A stretch of 64,000 nucleotides of DNA from Alphaproteobacteria bacterium (GCA_037131735.1 JBAXQM010000008.1:31678-95677), one strand, 5' to 3'. Numbered from the stretch's first letter, positions 1-10,209 are shown. Notes: generated by a model from the letters alone, not told the origin. A program made the numbers and translations.

Positions 1-392
1 CATCATGGCCGGAGCTTGTCGGGGAGCGCCTTGCGGCAAAATGCGAGCCTCTCAAAATCAATTGGCCGCGCAAGACCAGCAGTGCGGTCGAGGCGGAACC
101 AGCAACCTTGGTGATCAAAGTAGAAAGCGCCTTCGCGCTCGATCTTCAACATCTAAGTCCCATTCTTATTGAGCGGGTGAATGCGCGCTATGGTTGGAAG
201 GCCATCGGCAAGGTTCTTCTTAAACAGGGTCCCGTGCGCAAAGCCTCGGTGCCCGCCCCTTTACCGCCGCCCGCACCCGAATTTGTCGCAAAAGCCCGGA
301 CCAAAGTCGGCTCTCTCGCCGATCCCGCACTCGAGGAGTCACTCGTGCGGCTTGGCGCGGGAATCCTTGCACGGAAAGACCACGCCACCTAA
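1..392 (+). CDS. DUF721/DciA-like protein, C-terminal part (5' end lies outside the window)
   Basis: Frame 3 is open from the window edge to the stop at 390-392. The translation ...WPELVGERLAAKCEPLKI...LVIKVESAFALDLQHLSPILIERVNARYGWKAIGKV fits the DUF721 pattern. The position next to dsbA-like and smc is typical for alphaproteobacteria. Confidence 0.6.
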   Translation, partial: SWPELVGERLAAKCEPLKINWPRKTSSAVEAEPATLVIKVESAFALDLQHLSPILIERVNARYGWKAIGKVLLKQGPVRKASVPAPLPPPAPEFVAKARTKVGSLADPALEESLVRLGAGILARKDHAT

Positions 393-447
393 ACCGTCTT
401 GCCTTTTCAAGACCACGCTTGTTGATAAACCTGTTTCCTTCCCGTCG

Positions 448-1104
448 ATGAAAGACCGAAAGCCCATGACCACCCGCCGCTCCGTCCTCCTCTCCCTCGC
501 CGCAATGGGCGCTTTGGCCCCTGTCCTCAGCGCAGGACCCGCCGCTGCTCAGGCCGCCAAAACCGACGAGCTCGCGGTTCCCGGCCCGCTCGGTGATGTC
601 TGGATCGGCAAGGACGACGCCAAGGTCACGATTATCGAATATGCCTCGATGACCTGCCCCCATTGCGCCCGTTTTCACCTGACCACCTTCCCCGCCCTCA
701 AGGAAAAATACATCGATACGGGCAAAGTCCGCTTCACTTTGCGGGAATTCCCCTTCGATCCGCTGGCGACCGCCGCCTTTATGCTCACCCGCTGCAACGG
801 GAACGACAAATACTACGCCATGGTCGATCTCCTCTTCGCCCAGCAGAAGACCTGGTCCTCGGCCCCAAAGCCGGCCGAGGCTCTGCTTGCGACCGTCCGA
901 CAGGCCGGTTTCACACAGGAATCTTTCGAGGCCTGCTTGAAAAACCAGTCCATCTATGACGCCGTCAATTCGGTTCGAGAACGGGGCGATAAAGTATTCG
1001 GCGTCGACTCGACGCCAACATTTTTTATCAACGGACAGAAGAGTAGCGGGTCGTTAAGCGTTGAGGAACTTGATAAAATCCTCTCCCCACTGGTTGGGGG
1101 CTAA
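448..1104 (+). CDS. DsbA-family thiol:disulfide oxidoreductase (secreted)
   Basis: ATG at 448 gives MKDRKPMTTRRSVLLSLAAMGALAPVLSAGPAAAQA, a signal peptide. A CPHC thioredoxin-fold active site is present (YASMTCPHCARFH). The longer ORF from 181 overlaps the upstream gene and is probably not used. Confidence 0.85.
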   Translation: MKDRKPMTTRRSVLLSLAAMGALAPVLSAGPAAAQAAKTDELAVPGPLGDVWIGKDDAKVTIIEYASMTCPHCARFHLTTFPALKEKYIDTGKVRFTLREFPFDPLATAAFMLTRCNGNDKYYAMVDLLFAQQKTWSSAPKPAEALLATVRQAGFTQESFEACLKNQSIYDAVNSVRERGDKVFGVDSTPTFFINGQKSSGSLSVEELDKILSPLVGG

Positions 1105-1134
1105 AAACGCACGCACTCCCCTCGGAGCGCGGCG

Positions 1135-4100
1135 ATGAAACTTACGTCTTTAAAGATCACTGGGTTTAAATCCTTTGTTGATCCCACGGAATTCCTGATC
1201 GAGCCCGGTTTGACCGGCGTTGTCGGGCCAAATGGCTGCGGAAAGTCCAATTTGGTCGAGGCTTTGCGTTGGGTGATGGGCGAAAGCTCACACAAAAGCC
1301 TACGCGCCTCGGGCATGGACGACGTCATTTTCAATGGCACGACCGGCCGCCCGGCACGCAATATGGCTGAGGTGACGCTCGTCATCGACAATAACGACCG
1401 CAAAGCCCCCGCCGCCTATAATGACACGGAACTCCTCGAGGTCACCCGCCGGATCGAGCGCGAAGAAGGCTCGACCTACCGGTTGAATGGCCGCGAAATT
1501 CGCGCCCGTGACGTCCAGCTTCTGTTTGCCGATGCCGCCACCGGCGCCCGCTCCCCCGCCATGGTCCGTCAGGGGCAGATTGGTGAAATCATAAATGCAA
1601 AGCCAAGCGCCCGCCGCCGCATTCTTGAAGATGCCGCCGGTATTGCCGGTTTACATGGCCGCCGTCATGAAGCGGAACTGCGCTTGAAAGCTGCCGAAGA
1701 CAATCTGCAACGCCTCGACGATGTCATGGGCCAGATTGAATCGCAGATTGACGGTTTGAAACGTCAGTCGCGCCAGGCTGAACGCTATAAAACATTGTCG
1801 GCCGATATCCGCCGCACCGAAGCCATTCTCGCGTTGCGCGGGTTACGCGATGCGCGTCATCACGTAACTGACTCCGAAATGAAAGTGGAAGAAGCGCGCG
1901 ATGCTTTGACACGCACCGGTTTGCGTCAGGCTGAAACGGCAAAAGATCAAGCGGTTGCGGCTGCCAATATGCCGCGTTTGCGGGAAACGGAAGCGGAAGC
2001 GGCTGCCGCGCTTCAACGCCTCGTATTGGCGCGCGAAACACTTGATGCTGATGAAGCGCGCGCAAAAGCCCGTGCTGATGAATTGACCCGCCGCGCCGAA
2101 CAAATGCGCCGCGATCTCGAGCGCGAAAAACAACTCGCTGCTGATGCCGTTAAAGCGATTGAAACACTCGATGCAGAACGCGCGTCTCTTGAAGCGGAGC
2201 GTGAGTCAACAGCGGATAAACAAACAAACGCGGAACGCATGAAACGTGAACGCGAAGAACATCTCGCGCGCGTCGAAGAAGAGTTTTCATCGCTGCAGCG
2301 TCTCGTTGCCGAATTGCAGGCACGCCGTGAATCGATTGCCTCACGTTTGCGTACCGAGCGCGAGCGCGTGCAACGCTTTACCGACCAACATGGACGCAAT
2401 GCCGCCGACCTCGCAACGCTTGATCAAGAAGCGCATAGCGATCTTGAAGGCATCGCGCTGGCGAGTGAAGTATCTGAAGTTACTGAGGCGCTCTCGGCCG
2501 CAGAAACCGACGCCGAACATCGCCGAGCCGCGCATACAGAAGCCCGCGAAGCCGAAGCGGCATTGCGCGCGCCTCTCTCAGAAGCCGATCGTCATGTTCA
2601 GCGTTTAGAGACTGAAATCCGCACACTCACGAAATTGCTCGCCAATGATGGTGAAGGCCGTTGGCCTGCCCTGATCGATCAAATCACTGTGCGCAAAGGC
2701 TATGAGTCGGCACTCGGCGCAGCGTTCGGCGATGATCTTGATGCCGCGCTTGATCTCGCTGCACCTGTTCATTGGCTCAATCCGGGCGCAGCTGAATTCG
2801 ATCCCGCATTGCCCGACGGCGTAACATCACTTGCGTCACTCGTTGAAGCACCGCCGGAATTGCAACGTCGCTTGAAGCAAATCGGTCTTGTTGATGCCGA
2901 TCAAGGCGACAGACTGCGTACGACACTGAAGACGGGGCAAATTCTTGTCTCAATCGATGGCGCGGTATGGCGCTGGGATGGTTATGTTTCAGCCGCCGGC
3001 GCACCAACACCCGCGGCGCGTCGATTGGCAGAACGCAATCGCTTGGGCGATCTCGAAGCCGAAGCCGACGATGCGCGTCGTGACCTCGCGCGTCTCAAAG
3101 CCGACATGGATGAAGCCTCATCGCATGTGCGCGGCGCAGCAGAAGCCGAAAATGCCAGCGTCATCGCCTTGCGCGATACGCGCCGTAAGCTTGAGACGTT
3201 GCGTGAACGTTTAGCAATTGTTGAAAAGCGTGATCGTGATCGTATGGCGCGTCGTTCGGCACTCGTTGAAGCATCAGAGCGTCTTTCGACATCACTTGTT
3301 GAAGCGCAAGCCGCTTTGAATGATGCTGAACAGCAAGAGCGTGATTTGCCCGATATGGCCGAGAAAGAAGCGGCCTTGATGCATACACGTGCAAGCGTTC
3401 AGTCATGGCGTGTGGCCTTGGCCGATGCGACAGCGGCGTTCCAAAGCCTGCAACGGGAAGCGGAAGCACGCGAGCGTCGCCTTTCCGCGATTGCGTCTGA
3501 AAAGCAAGGCTGGACAGATCGCTCACAACACACGATTGCGCATACAAACGAGATTGAAGCTCGTCTTGCAGAGGTCATCGCTGAATCCGATGAGCTTTCT
3601 GGCGCGCCGGCGATTTTTAATGAACGTCGTTTGGCGCTTGCGGGTGAAGTCGAGAGTGCAGAACAAACACGCAAGTCACGCGCTGATGAACTCGCTGAGG
3701 CCGAAACCGCTTTGGCAGAAGCTGATCGTCACGCACGCGAAGCGTTAGCCGTCTTTACCGCTGCTCGCGAAGAACAAGTGCGCAGTGAAATGCGTCTCGA
3801 AGCCGCGCAACAATCTTTGGCTACGCAAATGGCTTCGATTGAAGAACGCTTTGAAGAACCAGAAGCGGCGCTGATTGAACGCATCGGTGTTGAAGCTCTT
3901 GATCAAGTCGATGATCCTGCTGAGCTCGCCGGAAAACTCGAGCAATGGAAGAGCGAGCGTGATCGTCTGGGTGCCGTCAATCTGCGCGCCGATGATGAAT
4001 TGCGTGAAATCGACGAACGCCGCACGGCAATGGAAACCGAGAAAGAAGATCTCGTCGAGGCGATCCGTCGTTTGCGTTCGGCGATTGGCACCTTGAACAA

Positions 4101-4593
4101 AGAAGGCCGCGAGCGTCTGCTTACCGCCTTCGATATTGTCCAGGGTCACTTCGAGAAGCTCTTCACCTCACTCTTTGGCGGCGGCACGGCGAAGCTCCAG
4201 CTCATCGAATCTGATGATCCGCTGGAAGCAGGGCTCGAAATCCTCGCCCATCCGCCCGGCAAGAAGCCTTCTACGCTTTCGCTCCTCTCCGGTGGCGAGC
4301 AGGCGCTGACGGCGATCGCCCTCATCTTCGCGGTGTTCTTGACCAATCCGTCGCCGATCTGCGTCCTCGACGAAGTCGATGCGCCGCTCGATGACGCGAA
4401 CGTTGAGCGTTATTGCGACCTTCTCAACGATATGGCGCGTTCGACTGAAACCCGTTTCGTCGTCATCACCCATAATCCGATCACCATGGCGCGAATGGAT
4501 CGCCTCTTCGGGGTCACCATGGCGGAGCGCGGCGTCAGCCAGCTCGTATCGGTCGATCTCGGCACGGCGGAATCATATCTGAAGGCGTCGTGA
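1135..4593 (+). CDS. smc: Chromosome segregation protein SMC
   Basis: 1152 aa. N-terminal Walker A (GPNGCGKSN), a long E/R/A-rich coiled coil with a central hinge, a C-terminal LSGGE signature motif and Walker B (VLDEVDAPLD). Confidence 0.97.
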   Translation: MKLTSLKITGFKSFVDPTEFLIEPGLTGVVGPNGCGKSNLVEALRWVMGESSHKSLRASGMDDVIFNGTTGRPARNMAEVTLVIDNNDRKAPAAYNDTELLEVTRRIEREEGSTYRLNGREIRARDVQLLFADAATGARSPAMVRQGQIGEIINAKPSARRRILEDAAGIAGLHGRRHEAELRLKAAEDNLQRLDDVMGQIESQIDGLKRQSRQAERYKTLSADIRRTEAILALRGLRDARHHVTDSEMKVEEARDALTRTGLRQAETAKDQAVAAANMPRLRETEAEAAAALQRLVLARETLDADEARAKARADELTRRAEQMRRDLEREKQLAADAVKAIETLDAERASLEAERESTADKQTNAERMKREREEHLARVEEEFSSLQRLVAELQARRESIASRLRTERERVQRFTDQHGRNAADLATLDQEAHSDLEGIALASEVSEVTEALSAAETDAEHRRAAHTEAREAEAALRAPLSEADRHVQRLETEIRTLTKLLANDGEGRWPALIDQITVRKGYESALGAAFGDDLDAALDLAAPVHWLNPGAAEFDPALPDGVTSLASLVEAPPELQRRLKQIGLVDADQGDRLRTTLKTGQILVSIDGAVWRWDGYVSAAGAPTPAARRLAERNRLGDLEAEADDARRDLARLKADMDEASSHVRGAAEAENASVIALRDTRRKLETLRERLAIVEKRDRDRMARRSALVEASERLSTSLVEAQAALNDAEQQERDLPDMAEKEAALMHTRASVQSWRVALADATAAFQSLQREAEARERRLSAIASEKQGWTDRSQHTIAHTNEIEARLAEVIAESDELSGAPAIFNERRLALAGEVESAEQTRKSRADELAEAETALAEADRHAREALAVFTAAREEQVRSEMRLEAAQQSLATQMASIEERFEEPEAALIERIGVEALDQVDDPAELAGKLEQWKSERDRLGAVNLRADDELREIDERRTAMETEKEDLVEAIRRLRSAIGTLNKEGRERLLTAFDIVQGHFEKLFTSLFGGGTAKLQLIESDDPLEAGLEILAHPPGKKPSTLSLLSGGEQALTAIALIFAVFLTNPSPICVLDEVDAPLDDANVERYCDLLNDMARSTETRFVVITHNPITMARMDRLFGVTMAERGVSQLVSVDLGTAESYLKAS

Positions 4594-4692
4594 CGCGGTG
4601 CAACAGAAAGCCTGGTCAGACGAAAGGCGGAGCCCTGAAAAAGGCCTAAAAAATCTATATTTTTCAAAGCATTAGGGAAAGTCTCCGTTGCC

Positions 4693-4721
4693 TTGACAGG
4701 CCTAGGGTAAAAAACTATGGT
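4693..4721 (+). promoter_or_regulatory. Putative sigma70-type promoter of the atpIBE operon
   Basis: TTGACA (4693-4698), a 17-nt spacer, then TATGGT (4716-4721), about 90 nt upstream of atpI. Motif match only. Confidence 0.45.
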
Positions 4722-4813
4722 GCGCGCGCTCGAAAGGGTGGGCTAGACCTCGGCTCAGTTGTTGGTTGCCGGCGGGTTTTTCTTCAAGAAAATCAAGCCG
4801 ATAGACGCGGTAC

Positions 4814-5212
4814 GTGTTCACGGAACAGGGGCCGATGAAAGAGGTGGATCACGAAGACGGTGGAGACCGCGCTCTTCAAGAGCGGCTCGCAAAGCTCGCG
4901 GGCGCGATTGAGAAGAAGCAGGCGGACTCTTCTGAAAGTGATCGCAGACAGGCGGAAGCCGCAGCTGTGGGTGGTGAAACCGGTAAGGCGATGGCCCTAG
5001 GGTTTCGGATGCTCGCAGAACTGATTGCGGGAGTCGCTGTGGGCGCGATCATTGGATGGCAGATTGACCAGTGGTCAGGCCTGTCACCTGTTTTTCTGAT
5101 CATCTTCCTGATGCTCGGCGTGACCGCCGGCTTCTGGAATATGGTGAAACTCGGTAGCGGCAAAACGCCCAACCGATCGATGGATGCGGACCGCAAGGAC
5201 CGCAACGACTGA
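4814..5212 (+). CDS. atpI: ATP synthase protein I (AtpI/AtpZ family)
   Basis: Small membrane protein with two hydrophobic helices ([13 protein letters not shown]..., [16 protein letters not shown]) directly upstream of atpB. GTG start at 4814, with an alternative ATG at 4835. Confidence 0.8.
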   Translation: MFTEQGPMKEVDHEDGGDRALQERLAKLAGAIEKKQADSSESDRRQAEAAAVGGETGKAMALGFRMLAELIAGVAVGAIIGWQIDQWSGLSPVFLIIFLMLGVTAGFWNMVKLGSGKTPNRSMDADRKDRND

Positions 5213-5223
5213 GGAGCGAGAGC

Positions 5224-5973
5224 GTGGCGGCTGAAGGCGGAATTGATCCCATTCATCAATTTGTGATTGCGCCCCTGTTTCACATTGGGCCGCTCCCTGT
5301 CACAAATTCCGCTGTGTTCATGATCGCCGTTCTCGCGGCAGCGACATTCATCATGATCATTGGCACATCATCACGCGCGCTCGTTCCGGGCCGCCTGCAA
5401 TCGCTTGGCGAAGTTGCCTATGAATTCGTTGCCAACACCGTGCGGGGTTCTGCCGGTCAAGATGGCATGCGCTTCTTCCCGATGGTCTTTTCGCTGTTCA
5501 TGTTCGTCCTGTTATCGAACTTGATCGGCATCATTCCCTACACATTCACCGTCACGAGCCACGTCATCGTAACCTTCGCGCTCGCCGCGTTGGTTATTCT
5601 CACCGTCATTCTTTACGGTTTTTATCGCAACGGCCTTCACTTCTTGCATCTCTTTGTGCCGTCAGGTGTGTCGCCCATTTTGCTGCCACTGCTCGTTTTG
5701 ATCGAAGTGATCTCGTTCGTTTCGCGTCCGATCAGCCTCTCAGTTCGTTTGTTCGCGAATATGCTCGCGGGTCACATCACGCTGAAAGTGTTCGGCGGCT
5801 TCGTCACCATGTTGCTTGCTTCGGGCACATGGGCGGTGATCCTTGCGCCTCTTCCTTTCGCGATGACAGTGGCTTTGACCGCGCTCGAACTTCTCGTCGC
5901 GTTCTTGCAAGCCTATGTCTTCGCTATTCTCACTTGCGTCTATCTCAACGACGCGATCCATCCCGGACATTAA
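5224..5973 (+). CDS. atpB: F0F1 ATP synthase subunit a
   Basis: 249 aa polytopic membrane protein carrying the conserved [14 protein letters not shown] motif (essential Arg). Confidence 0.96.
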   Translation: MAAEGGIDPIHQFVIAPLFHIGPLPVTNSAVFMIAVLAAATFIMIIGTSSRALVPGRLQSLGEVAYEFVANTVRGSAGQDGMRFFPMVFSLFMFVLLSNLIGIIPYTFTVTSHVIVTFALAALVILTVILYGFYRNGLHFLHLFVPSGVSPILLPLLVLIEVISFVSRPISLSVRLFANMLAGHITLKVFGGFVTMLLASGTWAVILAPLPFAMTVALTALELLVAFLQAYVFAILTCVYLNDAIHPGH

Positions 5974-6027
5974 CAGAAAATCCGGTCCACCTTTTCAACC
6001 GATCCACTCATCAAATAGGAGCACAAC

Positions 6028-6258
6028 ATGGATCCCGTCTCTGCAAAATATATCGGTGCTGGTCTCGCTGCGATCGGCATGGGCATCGCCGCCATCGGCG
6101 TCGGCGTCATTTTCGGCAACTTCCTCTCGGGCGCTCTGCGTAACCCGTCAGCATCGGACAGCCAGTTCGGCCGCGCGTTTATCGGTGCTGCTCTCGCCGA
6201 AGGTCTTGGCATTTTCGCGTTCCTCGTCGCGATTCTCTTGCTCTTCGTGATCAAGTAA
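6028..6258 (+). CDS. atpE: F0F1 ATP synthase subunit c
   Basis: 76 aa helical hairpin with a G-rich first helix ([17 protein letters not shown]) and the carboxylate in [14 protein letters not shown]. Confidence 0.96.
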   Translation: MDPVSAKYIGAGLAAIGMGIAAIGVGVIFGNFLSGALRNPSASDSQFGRAFIGAALAEGLGIFAFLVAILLLFVIK

Positions 6259-6309
6259 GATCGCGTTTCGATTTTCGGGCCTTAGGGTTCGATAATTCTT
6301 GACGGACTA

Positions 6310-6338
6310 CCCCGCCGGTTTCGGCGGGGCCTTGTTTC
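6310..6338 (+). terminator. GC-rich stem-loop after atpE (possible partial terminator or attenuator)
   Basis: CCCCGCCG (6310-6317), loop GTTT, then CGGCGGGG (6322-6329), followed by a weak T tail (CCTTGTTTC). It sits in the 122-nt gap between atpE and atpF'. Confidence 0.4.
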
Positions 6339-6380
6339 ATCAGGGCGCGAAAGCTCCCGTCTCCCGCGCGAGAAAGTGCG

Positions 6381-6926
6381 ATGGCAACGACTCCAGAGAC
6401 CACGACCGAAGTGGGGCATGATGGCGGACACAGCACCGTGTTCCCGCCCTTTGATCCCTCAACATTCGGACCGCAGCTCCTGTGGCTCGCGATCATTTTC
6501 GGGCTTCTTTATCTTCTCATGTCGCGGATTGCTTTGCCGCGCGTGGAAGGGATTCTCGAAGCACGGCGCGCAGCGCATGAAGGCGATCTGAATGAAGCCG
6601 CGCGTCTTCGCGAAGAAACGGAAGCGGCTATTGCCTCTTTTGAAAAAGCACTCGCAGATGCGCATGCACACGCAGAAGATATTGGCAAACAGACGCGCGA
6701 TCGTTTGAATGCCGAGATCATCAATAAGCGTGCAGCCTTCGACGCTGAACTCACCGCCAATCTTGATGCGGAAGAACATACCATTGCCGAGAACAAGGCG
6801 AAGGCGATGTCGAATGTCAGCGAGATTGCTTCGGAAGCTACGATGGCCATTGTTCGCCAATTGTCGGGTATCACCCCTGGCGCCGGCGAAGCCACTGCGG
6901 TCGTCGGCCGCGTGTTGAATAACTAA
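6381..6926 (+). CDS. atpF2: F0F1 ATP synthase subunit b'
   Basis: 181 aa with a single N-terminal TM helix (LLWLAIIFGLLYLLM) and then a long charged helix. It is the first of two b-type genes, as in alphaproteobacteria. Confidence 0.9.
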   Translation: MATTPETTTEVGHDGGHSTVFPPFDPSTFGPQLLWLAIIFGLLYLLMSRIALPRVEGILEARRAAHEGDLNEAARLREETEAAIASFEKALADAHAHAEDIGKQTRDRLNAEIINKRAAFDAELTANLDAEEHTIAENKAKAMSNVSEIASEATMAIVRQLSGITPGAGEATAVVGRVLNN

Positions 6927-6941
6927 CGGAAGGGCGCCGCT

Positions 6942-7424
6942 ATGATGGATGCTGCATTTTGGGTTGCCGCTGCTTTCGTCGTTTTCATCGGCGTGCTTTG
7001 GTATCTTGGCGCGTTTAAAACACTGATCGCCGGTCTCGATAATCGCGCTGAAGACATCCGCAAAGAACTCGAAGAAGCAAAAGCGCTGCGTGAAGAAGCA
7101 CAGCGTGTGTTCCAAGAATACAAAAAGAAATTCTCTGCGGCCGAACATGAGGCTGACGAAATCATCGCTCGTGCAAAGGCCGAAGCCGCGCGCTACACAT
7201 CAGAAGTTGATGCCGAATTCCAGAGCTTCATGAAGCGTCGTCGTGAAATGGCTGAGAAGCGTATCGCACAGGCTGAAGCGAATGCGATGGCCGAAGTACG
7301 CGCCGCCGCTGCCGACGCCGCAATCAAAGCCTCTGAAATCATTCTGCGTCAAACCGTTGTTGGCGCCACCGCCGACAAACTTCTCGAGCAAGATCTCACC
7401 GAAGTGCGTCGCGAATTCCGCTAA
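6942..7424 (+). CDS. atpF: F0F1 ATP synthase subunit b
   Basis: 160 aa with an N-terminal TM helix (FWVAAAFVVFIGVLWYL) followed by an A/E/K/R-rich helix. Confidence 0.92.
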   Translation: MMDAAFWVAAAFVVFIGVLWYLGAFKTLIAGLDNRAEDIRKELEEAKALREEAQRVFQEYKKKFSAAEHEADEIIARAKAEAARYTSEVDAEFQSFMKRRREMAEKRIAQAEANAMAEVRAAAADAAIKASEIILRQTVVGATADKLLEQDLTEVRREFR

Positions 7425-7450
7425 GACGAAAACTCGATATGATAAAAATC

Positions 7451-7477
7451 AACCGCGCCGCTTAGCGCGGTTTTTTT
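7451..7477. terminator. Bidirectional rho-independent terminator between convergent atpF and the UDG-like gene
   Basis: AACCGCGC, loop CGCTTA, then GCGCGGTT followed by T7 on the + strand. An A/T-rich run also follows on the - strand. The T tract overlaps the stop codon of the minus-strand gene. Confidence 0.75.
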
Positions 7478-8321
7478 ATGCCTTTGGCAACGACAAAAGC
7501 CGATCGCGCAAGGCTTTAAGATCTCGCCAAGCAAAAAGCTTTTGTGCTGGATGGCGAAGGAGATGACCCGGCCCGAATGTTACGAGCATCGGCACGGTTT
7601 TATCGTCAAGCGCAAGATCAAGCCATTGTCCACGCAATTTCAAAATTGTTTCCGAACGATCGCCGAGCATTTGTGCCCCGCTCGTTCCAAAGGACAGAAT
7701 GAGTTTTGGTTGGAGCAATTGAAGCTGCCGCCTCAAGAACGGCGCAAGCGTTGAAAGCTCCTGCGTCGTTGGTGCGCGATTGCCCGGCGGGCGCCAAGGC
7801 ACCGACATCGTCAATGCGACATGGTCTCGCGACAGGCCGATGGAACCGAGCATCAGATCAAGCAACACACCGGCGCGGCCAGAAAAAATCTCACCCGAAC
7901 GCTCATCATCGGCTTCAGGAAGATCGCCAAGAATGATGATGCCGCCGGGTACAACATTATCGGCTATCAACAGGTTCCGCGCGGTGCGCTTGAGCGCAAT
8001 GCCTTCAAACCCTTCGAGAGCGGCGCGCAGTTCGGTCAAATTTGATGCGGCTTGCGCTTGTTGATGGGCCTTCTGTGCCCATTCATCACTTGAGCCTCCG
8101 GCAAGGATCGGGGTAGCCGCGCCACGCAGCGGCGCAACCGGCTTTGGCATTAGACGAGAACTGGACTTCGACTCCGGGTTTGCGGCGACAATGTCGGCCG
8201 CCGGCTTTTCGCTGAATCGGTCATGCGGCATTTCGTCCAAGAGCGCATCAACGCCACTCGCTAAATGCCAGCGGATCAGGGCCTCTCGTGGATCCACCTC
8301 ATGATCTAACTCTTTTGCCAT
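7476..8321 (-). CDS. Uracil-DNA glycosylase-fold protein (family-4-like, with divergent motifs)
   Basis: The C-terminal 180 aa align by eye to family 4 UDG (…GDLPEADDERSGEIFSGRAGVLLDLML…WRPPGNRAPT…LLRHPAQKLFAWRDL). The N-terminal ~100 aa are an extension. Confidence 0.7.
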   Translation of the reverse strand: MAKELDHEVDPREALIRWHLASGVDALLDEMPHDRFSEKPAADIVAANPESKSSSRLMPKPVAPLRGAATPILAGGSSDEWAQKAHQQAQAASNLTELRAALEGFEGIALKRTARNLLIADNVVPGGIIILGDLPEADDERSGEIFSGRAGVLLDLMLGSIGLSRDHVALTMSVPWRPPGNRAPTTQELSTLAPFLRRQLQLLQPKLILSFGTSGAQMLGDRSETILKLRGQWLDLALDDKTVPMLVTFGPGHLLRHPAQKLFAWRDLKALRDRLLSLPKA

Positions 8322-8475
8322 TTTATCAGTCTAAACTCCGGCGCAATGGTTTGCCAGCCTTCTCCGAGAAATGCTATGCGCAAAGGGAGACGGAATGATG
8401 TGGCCCGGTGAAAAGCCAGCCGCACGGATGCGGGGCAACACGCGTTCGAGAACAAAAGTCCTGAGGGGAACAAAG

Positions 8476-10155
8476 ATGGATTTGGCCGAAGCACAGGCGC
8501 TTCCGCGCGAGGGTATGGAATTCGATGTTGTGATCGTAGGTGCCGGTCCGGCAGGACTTGCCGCGGCGATCCGCTTGAAACAGAAAGATCCGGATCTCGC
8601 GGTTGTTGTCGTCGAAAAAGGATCGGAAGTCGGCGCGCATATTCTCTCGGGCGCGGTGATCGATCCCATCGGACTTGATCGGCTACTTCCTGACTGGCGC
8701 GACGATAAAGACGCGCCGATTAAAACCGCAGTTACCGACGATCATTTCCTCGTGCTCGGTCCCGCAGGCGGCATTCGTCTTCCGAACTTCCTGATGCCGC
8801 CTTTGATGTCGAACCACGGCAATTACATCGTGTCCCTCGGCAATGTGTGTCGTTGGCTTGCTACAAAAGCAGAAGCTTTGGGCGTTGAAATCTATCCGGG
8901 CTTTACGGCAGCCGAAGTTCTCTATGGCGAGAAGGGTGAAGTAGTTGGTGTTGCAACTGGTGATATGGGCATCGCCAAAGACAACACCGTAAAAGACGGT
9001 TTCACACGCGGCATGGAGCTCAAAGCAAAATATACGCTCTTTGGTGAAGGCGCGCGTGGCCATCTTACCAAAACACTCATCAAAAATTTCCGTCTTGATG
9101 AAGGGCGCGAACCGCCGAAATTCGGCATCGGCATCAAAGAACTTTGGCAAGTCGCACCCGAAAACCACAAGCTCGGCCTTGTGCAACATTCATTCGGTTG
9201 GCCGCTTGATGGCAAAACCGGCGGCGGGTCTTTCCTTTATCATCTTGAAGACAATCTTGTGGCTGTCGGGTTTGTTGTGCATCTGAATTATCGCAATCCG
9301 ACGCTCTCGCCTTTCGATGAGTTCCAACGTTTCAAAACGCACCCGATGATCCGCCCGACTTTCGAGGGCGGCAAACGTTTGTCTTATGGCGCGCGCGCGA
9401 TTACCGAAGGCGGGTGGCAATCGGTACCAAAGCTTTCATTCCCGGGCGGCGCACTTATCGGATGCGCCGCGGGCTTTGTGAATGTGCCCCGCATCAAAGG
9501 ATCGCATAACGCCGTTCTCTCCGGCATTCAGGCGGCTGATCAGATTGTCACCGCGCTCAAAGAAGGCCGCATGAATGACGAGTTGCGTGATTATGAAGCC
9601 GGCTGGCGCTTCTCCGCGATTGGTCGTGATCTGCGCAAAGTGCGTAACGTCAAACCACTCTGGTCAAAATTTGGCACATGGATCGGCATCGGTCTCGGTG
9701 GTCTCGATATGTGGACGAATGACCTCTTCGGCTTTTCGATCTTCGGCACATTGCGCCACGGCAAGCCCGACCACGCGACGCTTGACCCGCTCTCTGCGGT
9801 TAAGCCCATCGTCTATCCGAAGCCCGATGGCGTTGTGTCTTTCGACAAATTATCGTCGGTCTTCTTGGCCTCTACCAATCACGAAGAAGATCAGCCCGCG
9901 CATTTGCGTCTGACTGATGCGTCAATTCCCACGGCAAAGAATTTGCCGATGTATGGTGAACCGGCGCGGCTTTATTGCCCCGCAGGCGTCTATGAAGTCG
10001 TCTATGGTCAGGAGAGCACGAAGAGCGAGCCGCGTTTCGTGATCAACGCGCAAAACTGCGTTCATTGCAAAACTTGCGACATCAAGGACCCGTCACAGAA
10101 CATCACATGGGTGACGCCAGAAGGCGGCGGCGGCCCGAACTATCCGAATATGTGA
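8476..10155 (+). CDS. Electron transfer flavoprotein-ubiquinone oxidoreductase (ETF-QO)
   Basis: FAD-binding VVIVGAGPAGLAAA at the N-terminus and a 4Fe-4S ferredoxin-like C-terminus (NAQNCVHCKTCDIKDP…PEGGGGPNY). The ATG at 8476 is preceded by GAGGGGA. The longer ORF from 8371 is probably upstream read-through. Confidence 0.93.
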   Translation: MDLAEAQALPREGMEFDVVIVGAGPAGLAAAIRLKQKDPDLAVVVVEKGSEVGAHILSGAVIDPIGLDRLLPDWRDDKDAPIKTAVTDDHFLVLGPAGGIRLPNFLMPPLMSNHGNYIVSLGNVCRWLATKAEALGVEIYPGFTAAEVLYGEKGEVVGVATGDMGIAKDNTVKDGFTRGMELKAKYTLFGEGARGHLTKTLIKNFRLDEGREPPKFGIGIKELWQVAPENHKLGLVQHSFGWPLDGKTGGGSFLYHLEDNLVAVGFVVHLNYRNPTLSPFDEFQRFKTHPMIRPTFEGGKRLSYGARAITEGGWQSVPKLSFPGGALIGCAAGFVNVPRIKGSHNAVLSGIQAADQIVTALKEGRMNDELRDYEAGWRFSAIGRDLRKVRNVKPLWSKFGTWIGIGLGGLDMWTNDLFGFSIFGTLRHGKPDHATLDPLSAVKPIVYPKPDGVVSFDKLSSVFLASTNHEEDQPAHLRLTDASIPTAKNLPMYGEPARLYCPAGVYEVVYGQESTKSEPRFVINAQNCVHCKTCDIKDPSQNITWVTPEGGGGPNYPNM

Positions 10156-10209
10156 TCGCTTGTGCGCGTAAAGGGTCTTTCCGAATCCGGGGGCAGTTTG
10201 TATCGATTG

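Noticed and set aside
181-1104. N-terminally extended ORF calls on the track. Examples: 181-1104, 8371-10155, 20186-22924, 27403-29256, 35360-36550, 45817-47913, 47798-48847 and 61844-63904.
   Set aside because: The extensions overlap neighbouring genes or consist of non-conserved R/P/C-rich sequence. Internal ATGs give N-termini matching the known family starts (signal peptides, MAKWVYTFGDG, MLIGVPKEIK, MSSSSPSGILSGKRGLIMG, and so on).
4594-4813. Large intergenic regions (4594-4813, 22865-23096, 47800-48022, 16510-16691) checked for tRNA, sRNA or riboswitch genes.
   Set aside because: No cloverleaf-compatible sequence (no GTTCRANYC T-loop with matching acceptor stems) and no recognisable riboswitch cores were found. 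The regions are adequately explained as promoter and leader regions of divergent or highly expressed operons.
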